A stretch of DNA of 64,000 nt from Octopus bimaculoides (GCF_001194135.2 NC_068981.1:38770794-38834793), one strand, 5' to 3'; shown: positions 28,601 through 41,629, counted from the first letter of the stretch. Numbers and translations are program-made. Notes: generated by a model from the sequence alone, not told the origin.

Positions 28601-30227
28601 GTAAGAGAGAAAAAAACAATGTTAATAAGCTGAATCAAGTACTAAAATGTAGGCATTGAAATGCTCACCATCAACAATGAAGATGGTAGAGTGGTTCTGT
28701 GGTTTTGATGAAAGATTGATGTTTGCCAAAGTAAATTTAACAGAGGCAAATAATAGAAGATATTCACAGACAGAGGTAAATAATAGAGAAGATATTCAAA
28801 GACATTTTAGAAACCAGCATGAAGAAAGTAACACTAGTATCAGCAACAGGAAAACAATCAATGACAATAACAGGAAACCCTTGTGACCAAGATGATGAAT
28901 TGTCAGTCATTAGAATGTTGGGTAGAAAGCCTTGCAAAATTTGTTCCATCTCTTGTTCTTTTCAGCTCAAATCTTGCTAAGCTCAACTTAGAATTTTATC
29001 TTTGCTTGGTTGAAGTAAAACAATGTACCTATCTAGGGCATGACATAGACAGAAATGTTAGAAGATTGGGTAAGATTACTTGCAGTATCTGTGTGCATTC
29101 TGGAAGTAAAGCTTATCTTGACACTGGTGCCAAGTTATATTAACTCAAATCAGCAATCTTTCCCTTGGATAAACATTGGTGATATGACAAGGGGAGACTT
29201 GCAGTCATGGGCAACTACCAATCCACATTAAAAGAAAAATCTTGCCTAGACTTGTACGTACGTAAACAGATACATGATCAGCCTTGATTGGTGGAAACCC
29301 TTCATATTTGTTAACTCTATTAGCAGAGTAAAAAGATATGTACTACTCTGCCTGGATTAAAATATGACTGAACTTGGATTTTTGGAGAAAGGACATGGCT
29401 CCATAATTCATATACTACAGATGACCATATCTGAGCGATAAAAATCTGTGATCTTCTTAAGATTTAAAAGATGAATAGTTGTGTGTATGATGACAAACAG
29501 AACAAGACCTTTTTCTTTATAATCTTGCTGCCAAGTAGGTAACCAGTAAGAATAAAATTTCAAATTGCAATCATACATACATACATACATAAGTAAGTAT
29601 ATACAAACATACATAGGTTCATGAATTTAACAGTAACTGTTTTCTATATGGAGAGAGAGTTGAAGAGACAATCATAATCTGATTTAAGGATTTAATGTAA
29701 AGTTTTAAAACTATAATTCTTTCCTTGTACTAGATCCTAGATGGAAAATAAAGCTTCCAAAGTTATGTTGTATGCAATGCTTTCAGTGTCTTATAGTCAT
29801 TATCAATAGTTTATTAGACATATATTATGTAAAAAAAAAAAATCTTCGATGCTGACTGGAAGTCAGTAACGTCTACTTTGGATTAGTGTGTAGTTGAGAG
29901 GCTTGTTACTTTTTAGACAGCTGTTTAGTCTGTTCTGAAAGACATAAAAGTTGAAGTTGCAGATAGTGAGCATCACAGACTTCCTTTCTCCTTTGTGTCT
30001 GAAAACAGAGTTTCTAGATTCAGAAGCCTTATTTTTAATTTGCCATATCACTTAAATATCAGATTTAAAATTGGAAAATTAATATGATTTTAGAACAACT
30101 AAACATTAAATACATGAAATGAACATGTGTAATTAGTTTGAGTGTGCATACACAGTCAAACTCAGAATGATAAACACATTTATGTATTTCCTATCTCTCT
30201 CTATCTCTCTTTCTCTTCTCTTTCTTT

Positions 30228-30322
<95 letters not shown>

Positions 30323-30376
30323 TAGGTAAGTGTGGCTCTGGGTGAGTAAATGTGTTTTCATTTTTCATCAACATTG

Positions 30377-30808
30377 AAGGCGGTGAGCTGGCAGAAACAT
30401 TAGCATGCTGGGCAAAATGCTTAGTGGTATTTCATCTGTCTTTACGTTTTGAGTTCAAATTCCGCCGAGGTCGATTTTGCCTTTCATACTTTCAGGGTCG
30501 ATAAATTAAGTACCAGTTACACATTGGGGTCGATGTAATCGACTTAATCCCTTTGTCTGTCCTTGTTTGTTCCTTCTGTGTTTAGCCCCTTGTGGGCAAT
30601 AAAGAAATAAGAAATATTAGCATGCCAGGCGAAATGCTTAGCAGTATTTCGTCTGTCTTTACGTTCTGAGTTCAAATTCGGCAGAGGTCGACTTTGCCTT
30701 TCATCCTTTTGAAGTCGATAAATTAAGTACCAGTTGCGTCCTGAGGTCACTCTAATTGACTGTCCCCTCCCCCAGAAATTTTAGGCCTTGAGCCTAGAGT
30801 AGAAAAGA
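30377..30808 (+). mobile_element. Two tandem SINE family A copies
   Basis: The head at 30377 and the body repeated from about 30614; the two copies have different 3' ends. Confidence 0.85.
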
Positions 30809-31644
30809 ACATTTATTTGTTGCTATTTCAACTGTGACAGCATTATGTTATTTTGAATTTGAATACAATAAAACTCCAGATACCCTAGCATTGCTGCAAT
30901 ACAATGACTGAAACAAGTAAAAGAACGATATTGTATTGAATTTATTTCTGACTATACTCGTCATCAGTGTAAGATAATTTGTGATAAGAAGAGTGATAAG
31001 AAGGGACTACAGCTTTCCTATTAAAAAAAAAATGTTACGTTGGTAATGCAATACCTATGTTGATGGTATTTTTATTTTATTTTAATTTTTTCTTTTCAAA
31101 ACTTGAAGCATTTCTCATTTCCTGATTTCCGACTAATCTTTTTTCTTTCAAAACTTGTATTTTGTATGCAGCTGGTAAGACTTTAATTGATTGAAAACAT
31201 TCCAACTTTTTTTTAATCTTGATTTGCTGTATTTTAAAGTCGTTCCAGATTATCTAACTTAATTTTAGATATAATTATCAACTATCTTGCTTTTCAGTTG
31301 TTCAGTTATTATTTCTAAAGAGAGCTCTTTGTAAAACTTTATTTATTGTAAACATAGACATTACAGCTTTGTTCTTTGAATTTTAAAAATGTAATATTTC
31401 CAATTATTTCCTTCTTGACAGAATATTTAATTGTGTATTAAAAATCTGTGTGAAGCAGTATGTTCATAATATAATAAAGTTATGAAAGCAACTAGATTTA
31501 CACCATCATCATCATCATCATCATCATCGTCATCGTCATCATTATTGCCATCATTATCGTCACCATTACCGTCACCACCACTACCATCACCAAACACTAC
31601 TACCACCAAACACCACCACCACCAAACACCACCAAATGATTTGT

Positions 31645-32745
31645 AAAGAGACAATTTTGTACTGTAATTTATATATTGTTGGTGCCAAATGCATGACTCC
31701 AAGCCACCAAATGCTTGTACTGTCCTTTGAATTCGCAGACGTATTTCTGTATCCAGATTTTCATCATTTTGTACAAAGCTTCCAAGGTAGATAAAAGAAT
31801 CAACAACCTCAAGTAACTTACTCTTAAAACGAACATTTTAGGCTGGTTGCAAACAGCACCACATGCAGGTTCATACATTTCAACTGTTTTTTTCAAGTTG
31901 ATGGTCAAGCCAAATTCCTCACAAGCTGAGTCAAATGCAGATACAAGAGATTGCAAACCTGTTTCAGATTGACTGACTAGATCACAATCGTCAGTGTATA
32001 AGAGTTCCCTAATGAGCGAAGTAAAAACCTTCGTTTTGAATTTTAGCCTGGTCAGATTAAAATCATTCCCTGTTGTTTGATATTTTATGTAAATACCCTC
32101 TTCAGAGTTTTGAAAAGTGTGGAACAACACAACAGCAAAGTATATTTAAAAGGGGGAGAGTGCATCAAGATCTCCTTGCTTTACTCCATTTTCCATGGCA
32201 AAAGATTCAGAGAGCCTACCACTGAAATTATCTCTAGCTTTCATATGTTGATGCAAAGCCCTGATGATGTTTATACATTTTTCTGGGCAACCCATTTTCC
32301 TAAGAAATAGTCACAGAGCTTTTCGATTAACAGTATTGAATGCTTTGCTCAAATCAACAAAGCAATAGTATAAAACAAGATTCTGTTCAAAGCACTTCTC
32401 TGATAGTAAAGATACAATCAGCTGTGCCCCTGGAGGAGTGAAAACCACACTGAGACTCAGACATCATATTTGGAACTATGAAAGTATTTAAACGTTCTAA
32501 CAAAATGCGAGCAAGTACCTTTCCAAACACAGACAAATACAAAATCCCACGAAAATTATCACACAGATCCTTTTGTCCTGATTTATATAAGGAGACAAGA
32601 ATGGCATCAATCCAGTCTTGAGGCACTTTCTCAGTTCTCCAACAGAGACAAATTAATATATTTAAGAGTTCAAACATTTTGTCATCCCCATATTTCAGGA
32701 CTTCTGCACAGATTCCATCAGACCCTGGAGACTTATTGGCCCCCT
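31645..32745 (-). mobile_element. RTE-clade LINE reverse transcriptase fragment (frameshifted)
   Basis: ORF 32387-32677: KVPQDWIDAILVSLYKSG..NFRGI..GKVLARILLERL..ESQCGFHSSRGTADCIFTIR. ORF 31669-32130: LLYTDDCDL..FGLTINLKKT. Confidence 0.9.
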
Positions 32746-32779
32746 ATAAATCTGGCTCAATATATATATATATATATAT

Positions 32780-33210
32780 GTATGTATAAATAGAGAAAAG
32801 GATAAAGAGAACAATGTTAGGAATATATTTTATGGATAGAGTCTTACAGCTGTTTCAGGGAAAATCCAATGCATCCCTTCATCGGAGACAGAAATAGTAG
32901 AGGAATCGATTATTATATCTATAAGCGAAGTTTTATAGTAGGAAGTGAGAGTGAGTGTGATGTGCTGAAAAAAGAAAGAAAAAACAGTACTTGGAGTGTA
33001 GCTTCATTCCAGTAGTAAGTATCCGTGTAAATAATCCTTGTGGGAATTTTCCGGAGATAGTTGTTGTAGCAAAGGCTGAAATAGCAGAGGTGGGTATATG
33101 TCATATCGTGTCCAGAGTATACTGCGTGTGGTTTACTTGAAGGATATCGCAAATCAAGTGAGAGATGTGTGCAGGGTAAATAGGTCAAGTCATAGGATTA
33201 TGACTTGTAT
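32780..33210 (-). mobile_element. Hammerhead-bearing repeat copy between two (TA)n runs, possibly derived from a Penelope-like pLTR
   Basis: Flanked by TA-rich runs and carries the 32841-32889 motif. It has a 9-bp-stem hairpin CAAGTCATA-GGAT-TATGACTTG at 33186-33207. Its left ~90 bp recur at 63758-63844. Confidence 0.5.
32841..32889 (-). ncRNA. Minimal type-I hammerhead ribozyme-like motif (Penelope-like/retrozyme type), core variant CCGAUGA
   Basis: Minus strand reads GTCT-CCGATGA-AGGGA-TGCATTGGATTT-TCCCT-GAA-ACAGCTGT-A-AGAC. This gives stem I GUCU/AGAC, stem II AGGGA/UCCCU, a palindromic helix III ACAGCUGU and a GUA cleavage triplet. It differs from the CUGANGA core at U4. Confidence 0.65.
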
Positions 33211-33226
33211 ATATATATATATATAT

Positions 33227-33500
33227 ATAAAGTGTAGTATATTGCCACTTAAGTGTGGCTGACCCCTAGGGGTGGATGTTACTGTTGCTTTTAGACCCAG
33301 GAGGACATCTCCTCCAGCTGGCTTATCGACACACGACTGTGTCCTGTTTGCCAAGGGAGGTTATCCCTCTCACCTCGATCTGCAGCACGAACGTATCCGG
33401 ATTTCAGGGTTATTTCCCTTCGTCGGCGCCCGATAGCTGCTGACCTTGGCGAGAGAGACAAAAACCTGGCAATCTTAAGTGGCAATATACTACACTTTAT
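33227..33500. mobile_element. Short GC-richer non-autonomous element bounded by perfect 27-bp inverted repeats, containing a hammerhead-like motif
   Basis: ATAAAGTGTAGTATATTGCCACTTAAG (33227-33253) is the exact reverse complement of 33474-33500. The left end abuts a (TA)n run. Confidence 0.7.
33388..33432 (-). ncRNA. Second minimal type-I hammerhead ribozyme-like motif, core variant CCGACGA
   Basis: Minus strand reads CGGGCG-CCGACGA-AGGG-AAATAA-CCCT-GAA-ATCCGGAT-A-CGTTCG. Stem I is 6 bp with 2 G:U pairs, stem II is AGGG/CCCU, helix III is the palindrome AUCCGGAU and the triplet is AUA. Confidence 0.6.
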
Positions 33501-33512
33501 CGTGCAGTTACT

Positions 33513-34250
33513 NNNNNNNNNNNNNNNNNNNNNNNNNNNNNNNNNNNNNNNNNNNNNNNNNNNNNNNNNNNNNNNNNNNNNNNNNNNNNNNNNNNNNNNN
33601 NNNNNNNNNNNNNNNNNNNNNNNNNNNNNNNNNNNNNNNNNNNNNNNNNNNNNNNNNNNNNNNNNNNNNNNNNNNNNNNNNNNNNNNNNNNNNNNNNNNN
33701 NNNNNNNNNNNNNNNNNNNNNNNNNNNNNNNNNNNNNNNNNNNNNNNNNNNNNNNNNNNNNNNNNNNNNNNNNNNNNNNNNNNNNNNNNNNNNNNNNNNN
33801 NNNNNNNNNNNNNNNNNNNNNNNNNNNNNNNNNNNNNNNNNNNNNNNNNNNNNNNNNNNNNNNNNNNNNNNNNNNNNNNNNNNNNNNNNNNNNNNNNNNN
33901 NNNNNNNNNNNNNNNNNNNNNNNNNNNNNNNNNNNNNNNNNNNNNNNNNNNNNNNNNNNNNNNNNNNNNNNNNNNNNNNNNNNNNNNNNNNNNNNNNNNN
34001 NNNNNNNNNNNNNNNNNNNNNNNNNNNNNNNNNNNNNNNNNNNNNNNNNNNNNNNNNNNNNNNNNNNNNNNNNNNNNNNNNNNNNNNNNNNNNNNNNNNN
34101 NNNNNNNNNNNNNNNNNNNNNNNNNNNNNNNNNNNNNNNNNNNNNNNNNNNNNNNNNNNNNNNNNNNNNNNNNNNNNNNNNNNNNNNNNNNNNNNNNNNN
34201 NNNNNNNNNNNNNNNNNNNNNNNNNNNNNNNNNNNNNNNNNNNNNNNNNN
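33513..34250. other. Assembly gap (N run)
   Basis: Other N runs: 17968-17977, 21240-21604, 24933-25095, 27258-27304, 35447-35858, 38818-39565, 51847-51937, 56813-56909, 59875-59884. Confidence 1.
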
Positions 34251-34260
34251 CATACATATG

Positions 34261-34292
<32 letters not shown>

Positions 34293-34878
34293 AATTATAT
34301 TTAATTTTTATTTATATTTGTAAATCATATCCTACAGGATAGAAAGATGGATGAAAGATAGAAGGAAAGAAAAGAATGAAATGTGAAATGATAAACTGGG
34401 GGTCTGAAGTGAGTGCTAGGCAGGAGATGAAACAAAATACATGTCTTACTTATGCACTGGTCAAGTAGAAAAAAAAGGTGAATGATAAAAAAGTTGGACG
34501 GTCGTTTGGCATTAAAATGCAAAGGAAAAGAGACAGAATGGAGTAGAAAAGGCTGGGGAAGAGCAAGTACAAAGAAAGAGGGAGTACAAAGAAAATAGGG
34601 AATAAGGATAGACAGTAGGTAGTTGACAGAGATGGACAGAGGAAGAAATGGAAGGCAGTAAAGAGAGAAAGTCAGCAATAGGTAGAGAGGCAGATAGAAA
34701 TAGATGAAGAAGGTTTTCCACACAATAGGGGAGAGGAGAAGGACAGAGAAATAGATAGAAAAGAGAGAAAGTCTTGCACAAAATATTTGAACACTGTGTG
34801 AGGTGCCACTGAGTGAGAACAGAAGTGGGGTGTATAACATTGCATTACTAACAGCCATAAAATGTTGCACAGAAAGTC

Positions 34879-34929
<51 letters not shown>

Positions 34930-35404
34930 GAAGAACACCTTGCATTGTAGGTGTTCTAACACCAGCTGTGTGGTAAGAATAGGCATAGGTGCGGCAGTGT
35001 GGCAATAAAAGTACACCCTTCCTATGTGACAAGCGGTATGTGCTAGTCATTATAAATAAAGTGATATCGATCAGTATAGAGAGAGTACGAAGTAGTCAGT
35101 CATAGATAGTTGCGGTCTTACTTGTCTAACGAACTATACTGTTGATATAGTTTTTGCAAGGTAGGGAACACTTGTGAAAAATATTCTTTTTCTAAGTAAA
35201 AAATGCCATAAACATTACTCAATGTGCCCCACCTACCTCCTACTGGAAACTGGAAAAACAGACTTTCGGAAATAGGTGTTTGAATTTTCCTGTTTTATCA
35301 GGATTTCTCCTCACTTTTTTTTTTTATTTATGCATTGCAAAACAATGATGAGAAGCCGTTTTAAAAGAAGAAGTATTCACGTCTTTTAAATGTTGGTGCC
35401 TCTA

Positions 35405-35446
<42 letters not shown>

Positions 35447-35858
35447 NNNNNNNNNNNNNNNNNNNNNNNNNNNNNNNNNNNNNNNNNNNNNNNNNNNNNN
35501 NNNNNNNNNNNNNNNNNNNNNNNNNNNNNNNNNNNNNNNNNNNNNNNNNNNNNNNNNNNNNNNNNNNNNNNNNNNNNNNNNNNNNNNNNNNNNNNNNNNN
35601 NNNNNNNNNNNNNNNNNNNNNNNNNNNNNNNNNNNNNNNNNNNNNNNNNNNNNNNNNNNNNNNNNNNNNNNNNNNNNNNNNNNNNNNNNNNNNNNNNNNN
35701 NNNNNNNNNNNNNNNNNNNNNNNNNNNNNNNNNNNNNNNNNNNNNNNNNNNNNNNNNNNNNNNNNNNNNNNNNNNNNNNNNNNNNNNNNNNNNNNNNNNN
35801 NNNNNNNNNNNNNNNNNNNNNNNNNNNNNNNNNNNNNNNNNNNNNNNNNNNNNNNNNN

Positions 35859-35904
<46 letters not shown>

Positions 35905-37689
35905 GAGAAATTACTAGAAATGTTAATCCCCAGAATCAATGATGTCCTCTCATAGTGGCAACATATATTACATCAGCAATTTTGTATTATAAAGATACTA
36001 ATTTCTCATGAGGGGCAAAAATTATTCCAGCATTGATTAGTTGCTGACACTAAACAAACTAAATTCTCCATTAGAGTACTTCTCACATGATTAGGATTCT
36101 GCCACTGGTGCTACATATGCATTCTCGACTGCATCCGAAAGAGAGTTATTCTGCTAATTAGTAAATACCATCACACAACAATCATTACTTTACAGAGATT
36201 ATGCTTCCTCTTTCTGCCTTTTCTAACATTGCTGTAACAGCCTCTGTGCAGCTTTTTGTCTATCCAAGTCATTATTCCTTCCACCATTTGTATCTTGCCT
36301 CCCAGGCCTCACATGAAATACAAATTTATTGCCCTTTGGACTTATGCTTTTACTACAATTGTCAACCTATAAAACTTCTAAGTGAACATCATTTTCATCA
36401 ATATTACTCTCTTGTAGAGCTTACAAAATGCATCTTTCTAATTAATTTTAAAAAAGCCTTATCTTAACCCTGAATATGTCTAATATATTCAGTTTGCTGA
36501 AAATTGCAATTTTCAATTTTTATTTTCCAAATTTACATTTAGGTTTGCAATCAAAGTAATCAATTCAAACTCCTAGTTTTATTAATACATACTTAAGATT
36601 GTATTGAAAATAAATTGTGCTTTAAATTGACTTCTAGTTAATGGTAATTGTTTAGTAATTATAACATTTAATGCATGTCAGGTCTCAAAATAATACAAAT
36701 ACCTTTCAGCAGAAAAAAAAATATTCAACAGAATTGAATCACCATATTCATGGACCTATGTATTTTCTGCTCAAAAAAGAATAATCATTTAGCTACAGTA
36801 ATATTGATTAAACATTAATACAACCTCGTTAATATACAAAAAAAGCAGTCATTCCAAATTTCAACCTGCAGGTATAGAAATTAAAATAACACTTTCCATT
36901 TATTTGAATTTGATCTTATTTATATTTTATGCTTCGAAAGAGAGGAAGTTGTGCATATGAATGATTTGAGTTTCTATGCTATTCTTGATTTGAAATTAAT
37001 TAACTATGTTGTTATTATATAAGTACAGCTTTCAAGAAGTAACATTAATTAATACTGTCAATAAATATAAATTTACAAAATATAAGTCATTGGTAATTAG
37101 AAGGCTAATGAATGAAGTAAGGCTCGAGGTAATATGGAAACAGAGTAGAGATAAAATTCAAATCAAAGAGTCTGAAGATATCAGTTCATAGCTTAATAGA
37201 AGACTGATAATGTTTACCACGTAAAAAGTTGAGTATATATATTTTTTTTAGGAAGGATATGCAACTTTAAAAATATTTATTCTAGTTCAGCTCTTTCATT
37301 CTAATATGCAAATAGTAAACTGAAATAACTCTGGTAACAGAACATAACCAAAAGATTAAATGAATAAATATTTGTGATGTATTCTTATTTCCAATTATTA
37401 TTTAAACTAACCTGGCACCATTCATATATGCAGAAAAACAACACCTGATGGTTATTTAAGATTGAATACATTGAAACAGTGTACACATAAATATTGTAAA
37501 TATGCATACATGTGCAGACATGGTTGTGTGGTTCAGAAGCTTGCCAACCAAACATGTCATCTTCAGTTCAGTCCCACCACATTGCACTTACTATAGTCTC
37601 AGGCTGACCAAAGCCTTGCAAGTGCATTTGGAAGATGAAATCTGAAAGAGGCTCACAGTGTGTGTGTGTGTGTGTGTGTGGTGTGCATA

Positions 37690-38400
37690 CATGTATGTGT
37701 GTATGACATGCCTATTATTTTCATGTGAAATATGGGTAGTGTACCGACATCACCTAAAAAAACTTGAGGACTTTCATGAACAGTGTTTGAGAAACATTCT
37801 GGCCATCCATTGGACAACTCATACCCCTGACACAAAGGTTTTAGAAACACCCAGTGAGTGCTGAAACCCACATTCATCCTGTATGTGCTGAGTTGGTCAT
37901 GTTGTATGTCTTGATGACAGCAGAATTCCCAGGCAAATGTTGTATGGTAAATTGTTACTGGGCACTCAACCACAACATAAGCTAAGAAAGCAATTCAACA
38001 ACAACCTAAAATAATCATTTGCAATCAGTGAGATTTCAAAACTGGAGTGGGAACACATATCACATGATAGGAAAACCTGGAAGCAAAGAGTCTATGACAG
38101 AGTGAACACATTCCAACAAAATGCAAATGAGTGATCAAACATAAGGAGATCAATGTGCAAAGACAATTCTGTCAATGCTACAGTGCCTTACCTGGACTCT
38201 GAAGTTTGTGGTCACATAGGTATGTCTTGTACAGAATTGGTAAGCCACCAGGGAAGCCACAGAAAACCTGTTATAAACTATGACCCTCTTGCTAGGGCAA
38301 AGCTCACATAAACTGTCTGCCAGAAAGCAAATATAAATCACTCAGGCTTATCAAGATACACGATTGTGCCCAGAGAAAATCATCAGAACATTGCAAAACA
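37690..38400 (+). mobile_element. RTE-clade LINE 3' portion (post-RT C-terminus), decayed
   Basis: LLFSCEIWVVYRHHLKKLEDFHEQCLRNILAIHW..PDTKVLE, then SRIPRQMLYGKL. Confidence 0.8.
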
Positions 38401-38485
38401 ACCAAAAAGTCAGAAGTTCTGTAACTCATTGGCAAGATTAAAGAACTATTGTCGTTCTCACATGTAATACTGTGATACATTTTAT

Positions 38486-39608
38486 TTAGTTAGCCGACCA
38501 AGTTAGTAGTGGGGGTGGGTGCGCTGAAAGTGTAGCTGCTAGAATAAGAATAGCCTGGGCAAAGTTTAGAGAGCTCTTACCCCTGCTGGCGACAAAGGGA
38601 CTCTCACTCAGAGTAAAAGGCAGACTGTATGACGCATGCGTACGAACAACCATGCTACATGGCAGTGAAACATGGGCTGTAACTGCTGAGGACATACGTA
38701 AGCTCGCAAGGAATGAAGCCAGTATGCTCCGTTGGATGTGTAATGTCAATGTGAATACCCGTCAGAGTGTAAGTATCTTGAGAGAAAAGCTGAACATTAG
38801 AAGCATCAGTTGTGGCGNNNNNNNNNNNNNNNNNNNNNNNNNNNNNNNNNNNNNNNNNNNNNNNNNNNNNNNNNNNNNNNNNNNNNNNNNNNNNNNNNNN
38901 NNNNNNNNNNNNNNNNNNNNNNNNNNNNNNNNNNNNNNNNNNNNNNNNNNNNNNNNNNNNNNNNNNNNNNNNNNNNNNNNNNNNNNNNNNNNNNNNNNNN
39001 NNNNNNNNNNNNNNNNNNNNNNNNNNNNNNNNNNNNNNNNNNNNNNNNNNNNNNNNNNNNNNNNNNNNNNNNNNNNNNNNNNNNNNNNNNNNNNNNNNNN
39101 NNNNNNNNNNNNNNNNNNNNNNNNNNNNNNNNNNNNNNNNNNNNNNNNNNNNNNNNNNNNNNNNNNNNNNNNNNNNNNNNNNNNNNNNNNNNNNNNNNNN
39201 NNNNNNNNNNNNNNNNNNNNNNNNNNNNNNNNNNNNNNNNNNNNNNNNNNNNNNNNNNNNNNNNNNNNNNNNNNNNNNNNNNNNNNNNNNNNNNNNNNNN
39301 NNNNNNNNNNNNNNNNNNNNNNNNNNNNNNNNNNNNNNNNNNNNNNNNNNNNNNNNNNNNNNNNNNNNNNNNNNNNNNNNNNNNNNNNNNNNNNNNNNNN
39401 NNNNNNNNNNNNNNNNNNNNNNNNNNNNNNNNNNNNNNNNNNNNNNNNNNNNNNNNNNNNNNNNNNNNNNNNNNNNNNNNNNNNNNNNNNNNNNNNNNNN
39501 NNNNNNNNNNNNNNNNNNNNNNNNNNNNNNNNNNNNNNNNNNNNNNNNNNNNNNNNNNNNNNNNAAAGCGGACGTTAAACGATGATGATGATGATGATGA
39601 TGATGATG
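38486..39608 (+). mobile_element. Younger RTE LINE 3' end spanning a gap, ending in AAGCGGACGTTAAAC(GAT)n
   Basis: GGGCAESVAARIRIAWAKFRELLPLLATKGLSLRVKGRLYDACVRTTMLHGSETWA..MLRWMCNV up to the gap at 38818. The tail appears after the gap at 39566; linkage across the gap is inferred. Confidence 0.8.
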
Positions 39609-41629
39609 GTCATACTTGTTTAACAAGTTGACAGGCATCATGAGTGTATGTGTGTGTGCATGTGCATGTGTGTGTGCATATGCAAGTGCATGTATACACC
39701 TGTGTATATGTGTGTGTATGTTTGTGTGCATATGCATGTGTGTGTACGTGTGTGTGCATATGTGTATATGTGGATGTGAGTGAGTGCCCGTATACATGTG
39801 TGTGCATGTGTGTATGTATGTGTGTGTATATGTGTGAGTGTATGTATGTGTGTGTATATGCTTGTGTAAGTGTACGTGTGTGCATATGTGTATGTGTGTA
39901 TATGTATATGTGTGTATGTGTATTTTCCATTTTATATATGTGTGTGTATTTTAACTAGCTTAAAGTGATCATGGGCTTTGAATATTATACACATGCATGA
40001 TGTCTACAAGTATGTGTGTGTGTGCATTTTAACTAGTTTGAAGTGATCATGGGATTGTCTGGCCATGAGAAATACTGCTTTCGTTGGAAGCAGATGACAG
40101 TTGGAGACAGGAAGGACATCCAGGTGTAGAAAATCAGTCTCAACAAATTCCATGACCCATTGAAGCATGAGAAAGTGGACGTAAATTCAAAGCCTATGAT
40201 CACTTCAGATTAGTTAGAATTTGGAACACAACAAATATCTTTCTTAGCTTTCAATAGTCAACTTTGATCAGATGGTTTTAGGTTCAAATAGTATTAAAGG
40301 CATTGTAGTTTAGGCTTGGATGTTATTTGTGGTGGGAAGTGGATACCTGTAGAAATGGACAATTTACTTATAACATGCATAGAGTAAGAATATTTACAGC
40401 TATGCAGGAACTTGTAGTAAATTATAGTTAGTTAGTAGTAGTAGTAGTAGTAGTAGCGGTGGTGGTGGTGGTATAGTAGTAGTAGCGGTGGTGGTGGTGG
40501 TGGTGGTATAGTAGTAGTAGTGGTGGTGGGAGTGGGGGTGGTGCTGGTGCTGGTGGTGCGGGTAGCGGCGGTGGCAGTGGTGGTGGTGGTTGTGGTGATG
40601 GTGATAGTGATATAGTAGTAGTAGTGGTGGTGGTGGTGGTGACCTTGTTAATACACTTGCCTCTTTTTTTTAATTGAAGAAGATCTTTTTTGATATGTAG
40701 TTAGCTTTATAACCAAACGAATTACAGAATTCAAAATATTTTCCATTTTATATTGTGAAAGGTTGCATCAAAACATAATATTTCTCTGCTGAACATGAGT
40801 TACATTTTTCAACACACTAGTATTTAAAGCTGTGGTTTTAATGATGGACCATTCACTGTGTCTGGTTGAGAAATATATTTTAATGCAATAACTGCTCACC
40901 TATAACTCTGTCAACAGCTAATCTGTCACTATTCCATAGCATTAATTTTTATTTGTATAGCACCCGCCACCAAGACTACAACTATCACCACTACCACCAC
41001 AACCACCACTGCCACTGCCACTGCTGCGGTCACCACTCCCACCACCACCACTACCACCATGTCTACTGCTGTGTTTGAGCATCCTTAACTACAACTATCC
41101 ATTTCTTACTGCAGTTTTGATGAATGTGGTTTTAATTACTGTGATTAAATATATTGCAACCATTCTTTAATTTGCCCCTATAAAGTTTGATTATTGTACT
41201 TTGCAAATGGCTTGCATACAACTGGAAGTGATCAAATGAGCTGACAATCTCTCTTTGTGTGTGTGTCTGTCTTCGTCTATCTGTCTGTCTGTCTCTCATT
41301 CCCACACTTTCTCCCCCCCCCTCTCTCTCTTTGTTAATGCACTTCAGTTTCTCACCAGTCACCAGTGCAAATGGGCATGTTACAAATTACATTTATTTAC
41401 AAATTTACCATGTACTTTTGAAATTAAAAATATCACCATTCCAATGTAACCACGTCTGCATGAAAAAGTGATAGCCAAGCAACCTAGAAAGTCATAAAAA
41501 GAATAAAAGATAGTATTGTTTTAGTCATTACCCTTTAAATTATTAAAAGGTATGATTGCACTGAAAACGCATTAAAAATAGGAAGAGAGCTAAACTACAA
41601 TCGGTCAAGAATATGATCTTATGGTTGTC

